From an uncultured delta proteobacterium (GTDB taxonomy: Bacteria; Myxococcota_A; Polyangia; Fen-1088), in assembly GCA_963737265.1 (NCBI GenBank), contig CAVTRY010000018.1, positions 241,414-305,413 of the forward strand: 64,000 bases of DNA, given 5' to 3'. The first letter of the stretch is position 1; each line of letters opens with the position of its first letter. Below are positions 54,929-64,000 of the stretch, piece after piece. Under the pieces are notes generated by a model. That model was not told where the DNA came from. It did not search any database and worked only from the letters and a program-made list of their open reading frames with translations. A program made the translations under genes and the position numbers.

Positions 54929-55340
54929 GAAGCCATACAGCATTCACGCCGAGGTGACGCTGGACTTGCGCCTGGCGGCTCGCTGGTACGAGCAGCGGCA
55001 GCGTGGCCTTGGTGCGCAATTTGTCCTCGCCGTGGACGACGCCATCGCCACGATCGTCGCGGCCCCGCAGCGGTGGACCGTCTTCGCTGGGGCTCGCCGC
55101 TACATCCTCAGGCGATTTCCCTTCTCGGTCATCTATCGCGTCGTCGATGTACGGATCCAAGTCGTCGCCGTCGCTCACCACAGCCGGCGTCCAGTCTACT
55201 GGGACGCCCTCTCTGAATCTGGACGCCGTGGCATCCGGGCCGGCTCGCCGCTGGCTCGCTGGCGATGGGCTCGCCGCGCGGCTCACCGGCGCCACCGCCG
55301 GCCTTACCGACTTCCTTCCTTTAGCTGCCTTTCCCGGTAG
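54915..55340 (+). CDS. RelE/ParE-family toxin, possibly with C-terminal read-through
   Basis: AARWYEQRQRGLGAQF, RRFPFSVIY, VAVAHHSRRPVYW; GTG start overlaps the antitoxin. Confidence 0.82.
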   Translation: MPDPKKPYSIHAEVTLDLRLAARWYEQRQRGLGAQFVLAVDDAIATIVAAPQRWTVFAGARRYILRRFPFSVIYRVVDVRIQVVAVAHHSRRPVYWDALSESGRRGIRAGSPLARWRWARRAAHRRHRRPYRLPSFSCLSR

Positions 55341-55697
55341 AATCGCCAGCACGACGATGGTCCTGGCTCAGCAGGAAGCGAACGAAACGCAATCGTTTAG
55401 CGACCTTCCTGGATCACCAAGGCAAATCGCTCAGAGCAGAGACGACGTAGCACATGCCATCATCAATGCGATTTATTCGGTGGTCGAGCCCTTGGAGAAG
55501 GGCGTCGTTTTCTACGAGACGAACTAGCGAGGTGTCCCTCCAGGTGTCCCTCCGTATCTATCCGGTAGTTCGCATCTGGCTTGGCCATTGCGGATGCGCG
55601 ACAGTGGGTGACGAGGTGAGCAATGGCAGCAAGCGCAGAAACATCGAGAGAAGAGGGAATTGAAAGACGGCCCCCGAGGGGGTGTTGGACAGCGAAG

Positions 55698-55786
55698 CTT
55701 GACGTTGGCCGGTAGCTCAGACACCGGGGCCTTATAGCCTTTCGCCCGAGCTTGCGATCTACTCGACGCGGACGACCGCCGCGCCC
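55698..55786 (+). repeat. Right 89-bp direct repeat (cinA 3' end plus a dead copy of the hisS start)
   Basis: 85/89 identical to 37411-37499. Confidence 0.93.
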
Positions 55787-56508
55787 AGGGCGGCGACGAT
55801 CTGTTCGCACGCGCAAACCACCGTGGCTTCGTTGCGGCCGTCGAGGGTAATGAGAACCTTGTGATCGGTCGCGTCGATATGGGGATAGGAACCGATGGCG
55901 ACGGTGGGAAAATCGGTGGCGGCCCGGTCGAGAATACCGGCGATGGCGCCTTCACCTTCGCGCGAGAACACCGATCGGCCAAAGAACGGCGAGGCGCGAA
56001 AGCGGTCGCGGAGCATGGCGAATTTTCGCTGCAAGATGGATGGCACGCCCGGCAGGACATAGACGTTGCGGATCGCGACCACAGGCCAGCGTGAACCCTG
56101 GATGCCGTCCCCGTGCAAGAGCTGGGAGCCCTGGGGAATGTCGGCCATGCGCAGGTCACGCTCGTAGAAGCGCTCGCCGCTCACGTCGCGAATCAGGGCC
56201 GCCAACCCGGGGTCGCGTACCACGGGCACGGAAAAGGCGGTGGCGATGGCCGCGATGGTGACGTCGTCGTGCGTGGGGCCAATTCCGCCGGTGGTGAAGA
56301 CGTGGTCGAATCGGCCGCATACCGCACGCACTGTTTCCGCAATTTCGGCCAGCACGTCAGGGACGATGTCGATGCGGCGGACCGCCACGCCGAGCGCGCG
56401 CAGCTCGCGCACGAGGAAGCGAGCATTCAGCTCTTCGACTTTGCCGGACAGGATCTCATCGCCGATGACGACGATGGCGGCGGTTGGCGCGTGGTCGGGG
56501 TCACCCAT
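55759..56508 (-). CDS. CinA N-terminal-like / molybdopterin-binding (MoCF) domain protein
   Basis: IGDEILSG, TTGGIGPTHDDVT, LPGVP, IGSYP. Confidence 0.88.
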   Translation of the reverse strand: MGDPDHAPTAAIVVIGDEILSGKVEELNARFLVRELRALGVAVRRIDIVPDVLAEIAETVRAVCGRFDHVFTTGGIGPTHDDVTIAAIATAFSVPVVRDPGLAALIRDVSGERFYERDLRMADIPQGSQLLHGDGIQGSRWPVVAIRNVYVLPGVPSILQRKFAMLRDRFRASPFFGRSVFSREGEGAIAGILDRAATDFPTVAIGSYPHIDATDHKVLITLDGRNEATVVCACEQIVAALGAAVVRVE

Positions 56509-56544
56509 GATGTGCGTGCAACCATACCGGGGTTCCGCCGTCTT

Positions 56545-59500
56545 TCAAAACACCTCGGACCAGGAATAGCGCGAAAAATTGCCTGTAGCCGAGCTGGTTG
56601 GAATCGCCCGTCCCGCCGTGACCGTGTCTGGCGCCAAGCTGGTGATATCGATCGCCCCGCTGGATCCGAAGAGGTAGATGCGTCCACCGATGAGTACCGG
56701 GGAGGTCACCGGCTCGTTGGCCGCAACCGTGCCGAGGCGCTGGGTGACGATGCCGGCGGCCGACATTTGATGAATCGTGAGATAGGTCTGTCCGCGCGTG
56801 CAACCGTCGGGCGCGGGCACATACCACATGGTCATGACCTGGAATCCGGAGGCGTCCGAGAGCAATACTCCGAGCGGCGTCGAGGTTGGCCGCGCATTGG
56901 TGGGCATGGCGGTTTGACAGGTGATGTTGCCGTGACTGTCGATCTGCGTGACACCGCAAATCTCGTTGTTGTTGCCAACGGTCAGCGTGATCTGTCCGCC
57001 GTTGCCCCACGAGGTGTCCTTGACGATGGCAGTGAGCGCGCCGTTGCTGTCGGTCTGCGCGTCTTCTTTCCAAAACACCATCTTCGACGGTGGCAGAGCG
57101 GTAGTGTCCAGGTCGAGGTTGGAATTGGTCACTTGCACGGGGAAGATTTGGTGTGCGTGCGATGTGGTCGTCGAATCGCGGTCAAGCTGAACCACGGTGG
57201 GCGAGAAGTGCAGGGGATGGTCGCAGGTTAGCGATTGGTCCAAGGTAAGGCCGGAGCCGAACACGTAGCGGAAAAGCTGACCCGAGGTGTCGCCGAAGTA
57301 GCCGGCCAGCAGCTTGTCGTCCTGTCCGGTGGCAAAGTCGCGCGCGGTGGCGACATCGGTCAGCGCGGCGTAGTCCTGCACGCACGTGGCGCCCGGCGCA
57401 ACCGTGTTGGTCGTCAGCAGCGCGCCCGTTGCCGCCGAGGCGGTAATCAGCGCCCGGCCTTGTGTCGTGCTGCCAGCGGCGACCGGATAGCCGGAGGCGA
57501 AGATAACCTCGTAGTCATCCAGGCTGGCCGTTCTGTTGAGGAAGAAGGCGGGCAGCGAGATGGTGTTGCCGAGCACGGTGCTGTAGGCCGAGGCGCTCGT
57601 GCCGTAGCCAGTGTGCCATTGCACGGTGACGGGCGGATCGGCGATATCGGTGGCCGCGAACGGCGCGGTCACGTCGAGCATGAAGGTGTTACTGCCGCCA
57701 TAGCCCTCGGGCATGAGGAGCAAGGTCTTCCACTGCGCGGTGGCGGCGTCACTGCAATTCTTAACACATAGGGACTTCGCCTTGGGTGAGTCTGCGAGTC
57801 CGAAAATATGACTGTAAGGGTCGGGTTTTTGCCCACCTTGCGAGTATTGCTGGCGCACGATGGGCATCATATCCGGCGGTAGGAAGGCGAAGGCTTCGCT
57901 GCCGGCCTGGTGCAGCGTCGACCCGAGGGTCGTGTTTTCGAGAAAGAACGCATGAAGGAGTCCGTCGGACGAGCCCACGTAGATGAGGTGGGGCCGGTTC
58001 TGGTACTGCAGGAAGAACGCGTTGCCTCCGGGCTCGGAGATGTTGCCGGGACTCGCAATGTCGATGGGGGTCGAGTTGATAATCGCACCCAGGATGGCCG
58101 GATTCTTATAGGTCGGGTCGCCGAGCAACCAGTGCGCGACGGAGGAGGCTTCATCGGGGGTCGCACCAAGTCCCATGGTGGCGAGCTGGCTGCTGTTGCT
58201 AACCGCGTGCGTCGTCTGATCGACGGCGATTTTGACCATGTTCGTGCCATCCCAGCTGTAGATCTTGCGCTGCCACCAGTTCGCTGCCGCAAGGTTCTGG
58301 TAAGCGTCCCAGGTGAGGGTCGGCGAGGCGCCGCTCAGATCGTAGGCCAGGAGATGCCCCTTCCATTCCGGGAAGTCCATGCGCGAGTCGAGCGCGTACT
58401 TGCCTTCGGCGACGGTGGTGGCTTGCTGCGTGCCGGCCGAGGTACTGGTGGGAGCCGTCGAGTAGCTACCCTTGACAGCGTTGTAGATCACCAGCTGCAA
58501 GGCCGTGTTGAGGTCGCTTTCGTTTTGCGCCAAGTACGCGAAGGGGGCCACGCCGTCGCCACCGGCATCGGTGCCGCCAGCGCGGGCGATGTTGTCGTTG
58601 ATGGTCTTCGGGGATCCAGCGCTGGTGTCGCCCGAGAAGCCCACCACGAAGGTCCTGACGCCCAGGTTCTGGAGCAGATTGTAGGCCGCCAAAACCGACT
58701 TGCAGGTGCAGCCCGCGGCGGCCGGGTTCGTGGCTGCACAGACCGCGGCGTCGCAGTTGTTGTCCCCCGGACCATTGGCCGCGCCGTCGGTGATGAGCAA
58801 AACGTAGTTGTCCCGACAGGCCAGGTGATCCTGCGCAATTCCCGCGCTGCTGTTGCCGTTCTTCACGGCGTTCATGTAGTCGTACGCGCTGGTGTTAACG
58901 GTTTTCGAGACATCGTTCTGCAGCGTGCATCCGGTGGGCGTGCCCCAATAGAAGATGAGGCCTCCGTTGGCGGCCGGGGCCATGGCTTGCGAGATGGCGG
59001 TGGCCGCCGTCTGCGAGATCGTCGCATCGTCGGCCGTGCTCAAAAACGGCGCTAGTTGCGTGTCCCAGCGGCCGCCGCAATCCGCGGCGCACGTATTGCC
59101 GCAGTCGGGGAAGTCGAGTGGGGGTGCCTTGCCGCCGTTGTAGTAGTTGTTGAGCGGCTGGTAGTAACTGTAGTTTTGCCCAACCACGGTGATGTTTTGC
59201 CCGGCATAGGTGTTCTGTGCGCTCATGGTGGTCGAATTGCCGCCAGTACTGCCGGTGTATTGGTAGTAGGCACCCTCGAAGCTTCCCAATCCCAGGGCGC
59301 CGGGCATGTCGCAGGTAGTGCCGCACCAGTTGGCGTCGAGCTCGGTCCATGTGTTGTAGGTGGCTCGCACGCGATAGCGGCTGTTGGTGGTATCTTGCAA
59401 GGTCATGCTGATTCCGTCGATCGTGCACGCTTGCGCAGGTCCATTCTGATTGTCGAAGCAGTGCGCGGATGCGATCTTGTCTTGGGACTCATACACAGTG

Positions 59501-61660
59501 ATGACTCCGGTCGAGCCCGACGTGTTCAGGAAATATGGAAAATACCCGTGCTGGTAGAAGGTCATTAGCCCAAAGTTCAGCATCTGGTAGTTGTTGTTGA
59601 CGATGGCGCTGATGGCGCGCTTGGCGATCACCGCGCGCGAGGTCGCCGGCCCGCAGGCGTCGCCGGCGATGGTGCAGTCCGAGTCCTTCTTGCACACCAT
59701 CTGCGTGATGAGGCACATTCGGATGGGGCCCGGCGTGCCGTTGCTGCTGGGCACACAGGTGTCGCTGCTGCTTACCGGAAGAAGGCAGGGGTTGGCCGGC
59801 GGAATCACACAGGTGTTCACCGGCGTGCTGCAGGTATTCGTTACGGCCGTGCACGTGTTGTCGGTCTTGTACACGCAGGTGTCCTGCGGCAGGTTACAGA
59901 TATTTGCGGTGCCGTTGCAAGTTTGCGCCGTGAAGACACAGCTTTGCGACTGCGGGCACTTCATGTAGCTGTTGTTGCACTTGGCCCCGCTGCCAGAGCA
60001 GACGCCGTAGGGCGGCGGCAGACAGTCGGTGTCGATACGGCAGGCTATCGTTCGTGGCACTGCACGTCCTATAGCTGGGGCAATCGGTGTCGGCGGTGCA
60101 GCCACTGTGGGGAGTTCCCCCCAAACTGCAGCTTCCGCTGGTTCCAGTCGGCGGACAATCCGCAGCCGACGAACAGGCCGTCGAGGTCGAGTGGGCGCAC
60201 ACATTGATGTTGGGGCAGTTTCCGCCCGGATTGGTGCACGAGACGGCGCTGTTGTACTTGCACTGACCCACGGTGGCGCAGGGGTTGCTGCCGCCACAAG
60301 GAACGCCGGTGGCCGAGCAGATACTGGATTGCACCGGACAATCGGAGGTTTGCGAGCAGTTGGCTTTGGTGAATGAGCAGAAGGTGTCGACCGAGGTCTG
60401 GGTGCCGGTCGAGGTCTGGGTGCTGGTCAGTGTCTGAGTGCTGGTCAAAGTCTGGGTGCTGGTGGTTGTCTGGGTGCTGGTAGATGTCTGGGTGCTGCTG
60501 GAGGTTTGGGTGCTGGTAGAGGTTTGGGTGCTGGTCAAGGTCTGGGTGCTGGTGGAGGTCTGGGTGCTGGTCAAGGTCTGGCCGCCGGCGACGGTCCAGG
60601 TTTCAGACTTAGTGCAGGTGGCCGAGCTCAACGCTGTCGCGGTGGCGGCGGCGGTGTATGTTCCGAGGTACCATGTTGAAACCTGAGAAACAGTTGAGGT
60701 CGCCGCGCCGCTTTCCATGTATACCGTTGCGGTGTCGGTGGAAGTTGCAGTGCCACTGACCGTCCCGGTCGCGGTGAACGCCTTCGTTGCCGTGCCGTTG
60801 TATGTGGCGGTTACACAACTGGTGGCGTTCGCAGTCGTTCCACCCGCGAGATAGTCGGTGGTGGTGTATGTGTGAGTACTGTGATGGGAATTGGTCGTGT
60901 ACGAGGCTGTGATGATGCTCGTAACGGTGCCGGTGATCGTCACGGTTGCCGATGCCGTCAATTTTTGAGTCGCCGTACCGGTGTTGGTCGCGGTTTGGGT
61001 GTTAGTCGCGGTTTGCGTGTTGGTCGCGGTCTTGGTGTTGGTCGCGGTTTGGGTGCTGGTCGCGGTTTGGCTGTTGGTTGCGGTCTTGGTGTTGGTCGCG
61101 GTTTGGGTGCTGGTCGTGGAATTCGTGTTGGACAGGGTATTCGTGCTGGTCAGGGTCTGCGTGTTGGTCGTGGTTTGCGTGCAATTCCAGATCGGGGCGG
61201 AGCAAACCCCGGGATCTTGCGGGCAATCGTTGATTGACGCACATCGGGTGCTGCCGTCCTCCTGACAGTAACCATTTCGGCAGTCGTCGTCCGACTGACA
61301 GGTTCTGCCCCATTTCGCGCAGACGCCTAGGACGCCGCCGTTGCGGCAGTTGGAACCGTTGTCGCAGTCGACCCCCACTTCGGTCGGGTTGGAGAACTGG
61401 CCGCCGGGTACGCCGGTCATCGAGCCCGAGGTGTCGAGCACGATGAGCATGTTGGCCTTGTGAAGCTGGCGTTCGATCACCACCAGGGGATTGACGCGTG
61501 CCTGGGCGGGCGGCGTTGGCCAGGAAGACCCTACCAACGCCGTCAGCAGGGCCGCGACGCCAAGGAGCGAGCGACGCACCCCGCGAGTCGCTCGGCCTCG
61601 GATCTTGGTGCGCTGGGGCGGACTCAAGTCTCCAGTCATCGGCCGAAATCTTCTTTTCAT
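56545..61660 (-). CDS. pilY1: PilY1-like adhesin (~1700 aa): split vWA, Cys-rich and Thr-rich repeats, C-terminal propeller; +1 insertion near 60044
   Basis: Signal peptide, MIDAS LDTSGSM, later NFGLMTF and VLLITDG, PilY1-type [29 protein letters not shown]. Confidence 0.75.
60396..60580 (-). repeat. 18-bp-unit tandem repeat encoding TQT(S/L/T)TS
   Basis: Repeated ggtctgggtgctggt units. Confidence 0.85.
60980..61180 (-). repeat. 18-bp-unit tandem repeat encoding T(Q/K)TATN
   Basis: Repeated gttggtcgcggtttgggt units. Confidence 0.85.
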
Positions 61661-61710
61661 TGACGAACCTACCCGCCAAGCTGGCTACTTCTTGCAAGGC
61701 TTGATGAACG

Positions 61711-61763
61711 TTTTTATATAATATAGAAAGTAATGTAGATTACGTAAAGTAATATAGATAAAA
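61711..61763. promoter_or_regulatory. AT-rich patch with direct repeats upstream of pilY1
   Basis: TAAT(A/G)TAGA at 61719, 61731 and 61750; AAAGTAATRTAGAT twice, 19 bp apart. Confidence 0.55.
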
Positions 61764-61880
61764 CCTTGGTTGAAGACGAGGACTTGGCGAATCCGCGTCT
61801 GGCGTGCGCCAGGCGCTAGGAAGCGATCCAGCAACCGCCGGGCCAACCCTCGGAAGACTTGCGACGGGCGCCGCGGAGCG

Positions 61881-62450
61881 CTAGGCCTTGCGGCCCTTGG
61901 CTTCGAGAGCGGTTTCGACCAGGCGGATTTCGACCATCAGGTCGTTCGCCAAGCGCTCCAGGGCGGCGCGCAGATTGGCGAGATCGGAATCGGTCGGCAG
62001 ACGAACCCGGGCCCTGGCGACGAAGAGCATCTCACCCGACATCGGGGCGCTTGTGCGGTCGGTGGACAATTCCTCCACGTTGGCGCCGCTGCCCGCGAGC
62101 AACTGAGAAATCTCGCGCACGATGCCCGGCCGATCGAGGCCGACGAGCTCCAGATCGAGCGTTCGTCCCGGGCTCGCTTCGTTGGCGGTAGCCATGGAGA
62201 TCGGGCTCGCCGCGCCGCTTGTCTCGCCCACCACCTTGAGTCCTCGTTCTTCGAGGGCAGTGAGCGCCGCCAGCAAGTCGGGGGCCTTGTCGTGGGCTAT
62301 CTCGACGCGAAGGATGCCGGCGAATTTCCCGGCCAGGTGGGCCATGCGGCTTTCGAGCCAGTTGCCGCCGTGGCTGGCGACCACCGCCGCAACTTGCTCC
62401 ACCAGGCCCGGGCGATCCGGGCCGATTAGGGTCACAACGAGGTCGCTCAT
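61881..62450 (-). CDS. Tandem-ACT protein, GcvR-like
   Basis: LIGPDRPGLV, GNWLESRM, GLDRPGIV, ANVEEL. Confidence 0.88.
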   Translation of the reverse strand: MSDLVVTLIGPDRPGLVEQVAAVVASHGGNWLESRMAHLAGKFAGILRVEIAHDKAPDLLAALTALEERGLKVVGETSGAASPISMATANEASPGRTLDLELVGLDRPGIVREISQLLAGSGANVEELSTDRTSAPMSGEMLFVARARVRLPTDSDLANLRAALERLANDLMVEIRLVETALEAKGRKA

Positions 62451-62461
62451 GGCAGGCCCGG

Positions 62462-62935
62462 TCAGACGCGCAGGTGAAGCGGCAGGTTCTTTTCGATGGC
62501 CTCGCCACACGCATCCGTGACGAGCTGCCAGATATTGCGCATCTGCGCTTCGATCACGCTGCCCTCGTCCAGCTCCTCGCCGGCCTCGTCCTCATCCTCG
62601 TCTTCCTCGAATTCCTCGTCCTCGATGGACAGCTCTTCCTTCATCTCTTCAAGGGTCTCCTGCAGAGTCATGGCGGACGCTACCCGAAATTCACCCACGG
62701 TCAGGGTGCCGTCAAACTCGAGCGGCAGGTAGATGTCGGCGGCGATGTCGTGTGCATCCAGGCGATCTAAAAATTCCGTCATGGCCTCCTCGCTCAGGCG
62801 TTTGGCGAAGGTTTGCGTGGTGTGGTCATCCGAGGCTGGCAGGTGCGATCCAGCTTGTTCGAGCTGCCGCCCCAGAGCCTTGGTTTCTTCTTCGTCCAGT
62901 CGGTCCGAGAGAGGACCAAGTTCGATTGCCGACAT
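62462..62935 (-). CDS. Hypothetical acidic protein
   Basis: Open frame with a GC-consistent sequence and a D/E-rich tract; stop lies 11 bp before the GcvR-like start. Confidence 0.65.
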   Translation of the reverse strand: MSAIELGPLSDRLDEEETKALGRQLEQAGSHLPASDDHTTQTFAKRLSEEAMTEFLDRLDAHDIAADIYLPLEFDGTLTVGEFRVASAMTLQETLEEMKEELSIEDEEFEEDEDEDEAGEELDEGSVIEAQMRNIWQLVTDACGEAIEKNLPLHLRV

Positions 62936-63044
62936 GACCCATACGGTGCCGCAGCGGAGGCGTGCCGTCAACGCCGGCAAACCAGGTTTTCTTCAAGGAG
63001 CGACGGAATCGCCCGTTCGACATCTGATTATCAACCGGGTATGG

Positions 63045-64000
63045 ATGCCGGAAGACATGACACCGACTTCCGAGCCAAACGTAGCCTGGATAATATCGTG
63101 CATACAGTCGACCCGCGACGCGGCCAGCCGCGGGCTGGCTGGGGGTACGCCGGGACTGGAGCTGGCGCGCGCCTTGACCAAAGATGTCGAGACGGTATTG
63201 CGCGCAGTTCTTGCCTTTCACTTTGCCGGGGCTGGGCTCGGCGAATCGTCGGGTATCGCGGTGCTTGCCACCGGCAGCTTCGGCCGGTGCGAATTGGCTC
63301 CCTATTCGGACCTCGATCTGCTCTTTCTGTGCGCGAAGAAGCCGGACGTCGAGGTGGAGTCCCTGGCCCGATCCATCCTGATGCCGCTTTGGGATGCCAA
63401 GATCGATGCCGGCCATGCCGTGCGTTCGCTGGCCGATGGTCTTGCCCTGCCGGCCAAAGATCTGGCCGCCGCCACCGCGCTGCTTGACGCCCGCTTTCTG
63501 GTTGGCGACCAGCAGCTTGCAGCCGATTTCATCGCTCGCTACCAGGCGCGCGTGGCTGGCTCGACCCCGGACAGCTTTGTGGCCAGGTTGCGCCAAGAGC
63601 AGGAGAGCCGTCACTCGCGCTTTGGCGACACCATCTTCATGCTCGAGCCGGATCTGAAAAGCGGCCCTGGCGGCATCCGCGACCTTTGCGTCGGACGCTG
63701 GGCCGCGCAGGCGTTTTTTCATACATCGTCCCCGTCTCGCCTGCACGAGCTGGGCGAGATGTCGGTTCGGCAATCGGACGCCCTGTCGCAAGCCCTCGAC
63801 TTTATGCTCAGGTTGAGGTTGGCGTTGCAGCTCTGTGCGGGCCGGCGGCAGGACCAGCTGCGCTTCGAGCTGCAGGAGAAGATCGCCCCCATCTTCCACC
63901 CCGGCGGCAACGTCGAGGACGACGACGACAGGCCCGCGGTCACGCCCGCGGTGGAAGCCCTGATGCACGATTTTCAAACCCACGCCCGCACCATCCAGCG
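63045..64000 (+). CDS. glnD: PII uridylyltransferase GlnD, N-terminal part; runs off the window
   Basis: Manual translation: AVLATGSFGRCELAPYSDLDLLFL, LWDAKIDAGHAVRS, LEPDLKSGPGGIRDL. Confidence 0.88.
   Translation, partial: MPEDMTPTSEPNVAWIISCIQSTRDAASRGLAGGTPGLELARALTKDVETVLRAVLAFHFAGAGLGESSGIAVLATGSFGRCELAPYSDLDLLFLCAKKPDVEVESLARSILMPLWDAKIDAGHAVRSLADGLALPAKDLAAATALLDARFLVGDQQLAADFIARYQARVAGSTPDSFVARLRQEQESRHSRFGDTIFMLEPDLKSGPGGIRDLCVGRWAAQAFFHTSSPSRLHELGEMSVRQSDALSQALDFMLRLRLALQLCAGRRQDQLRFELQEKIAPIFHPGGNVEDDDDRPAVTPAVEALMHDFQTHARTIQ

Larger units (their letters stand above)
37500..55697. mobile_element. Genomic island (WYL, cas, CRISPR, IS, TA) inserted between cinA-like gene and hisS
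   Basis: Bounded by 89-bp direct repeats; contains only accessory genes; no integrase seen. Confidence 0.8.

Noticed and set aside
55341-55697. Integrase remnant at the island's right edge
   Set aside because: Only short ORFs with no tyrosine or serine recombinase motifs recognisable.
55524-55724. Second hisS copy
   Set aside because: Only the first 9 codons, inside the direct repeat, match.

Overview
A GC-rich bacterial chromosome segment, probably from Myxococcota/Polyangia (inferred from a Gly-linker lipoprotein, a giant TPR protein and a Cys-rich PilY1). Core genes include ABC-F, a GH31 glycosidase, hom, rimP-nusA-ylxR-infB-DUF503-rbfA-truB, a DGC/CheX/CheY cluster, an orphan hydG, an XPB-DUF790 (Bax1-like) pair, a diadenylate cyclase, hisS, a cinA-like gene, pilY1, a gcvR-like gene and glnD. 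The main feature is an ~18.2 kb island (37500-55697) flanked by 89-bp direct repeats that duplicate the cinA-stop/hisS-start junction; it has no integrase. The island carries a WYL regulator and a type I-E cas operon in which only short C-terminal stubs of cas3 and cas8e appear to remain, while cse2/cas7/cas5/cas6/cas1/cas2 are intact. It also holds a 116-repeat CRISPR array interrupted by a 1.76 kb ISAs1+cargo unit with a 10-bp TSD, a directly abutting 20-repeat array with a different repeat and a different PAM-derived base, and a toxin-antitoxin pair. Single-base insertions split six genes, including essential hisS, and are most likely sequencing errors. All family calls come from motif recognition, not database searches.
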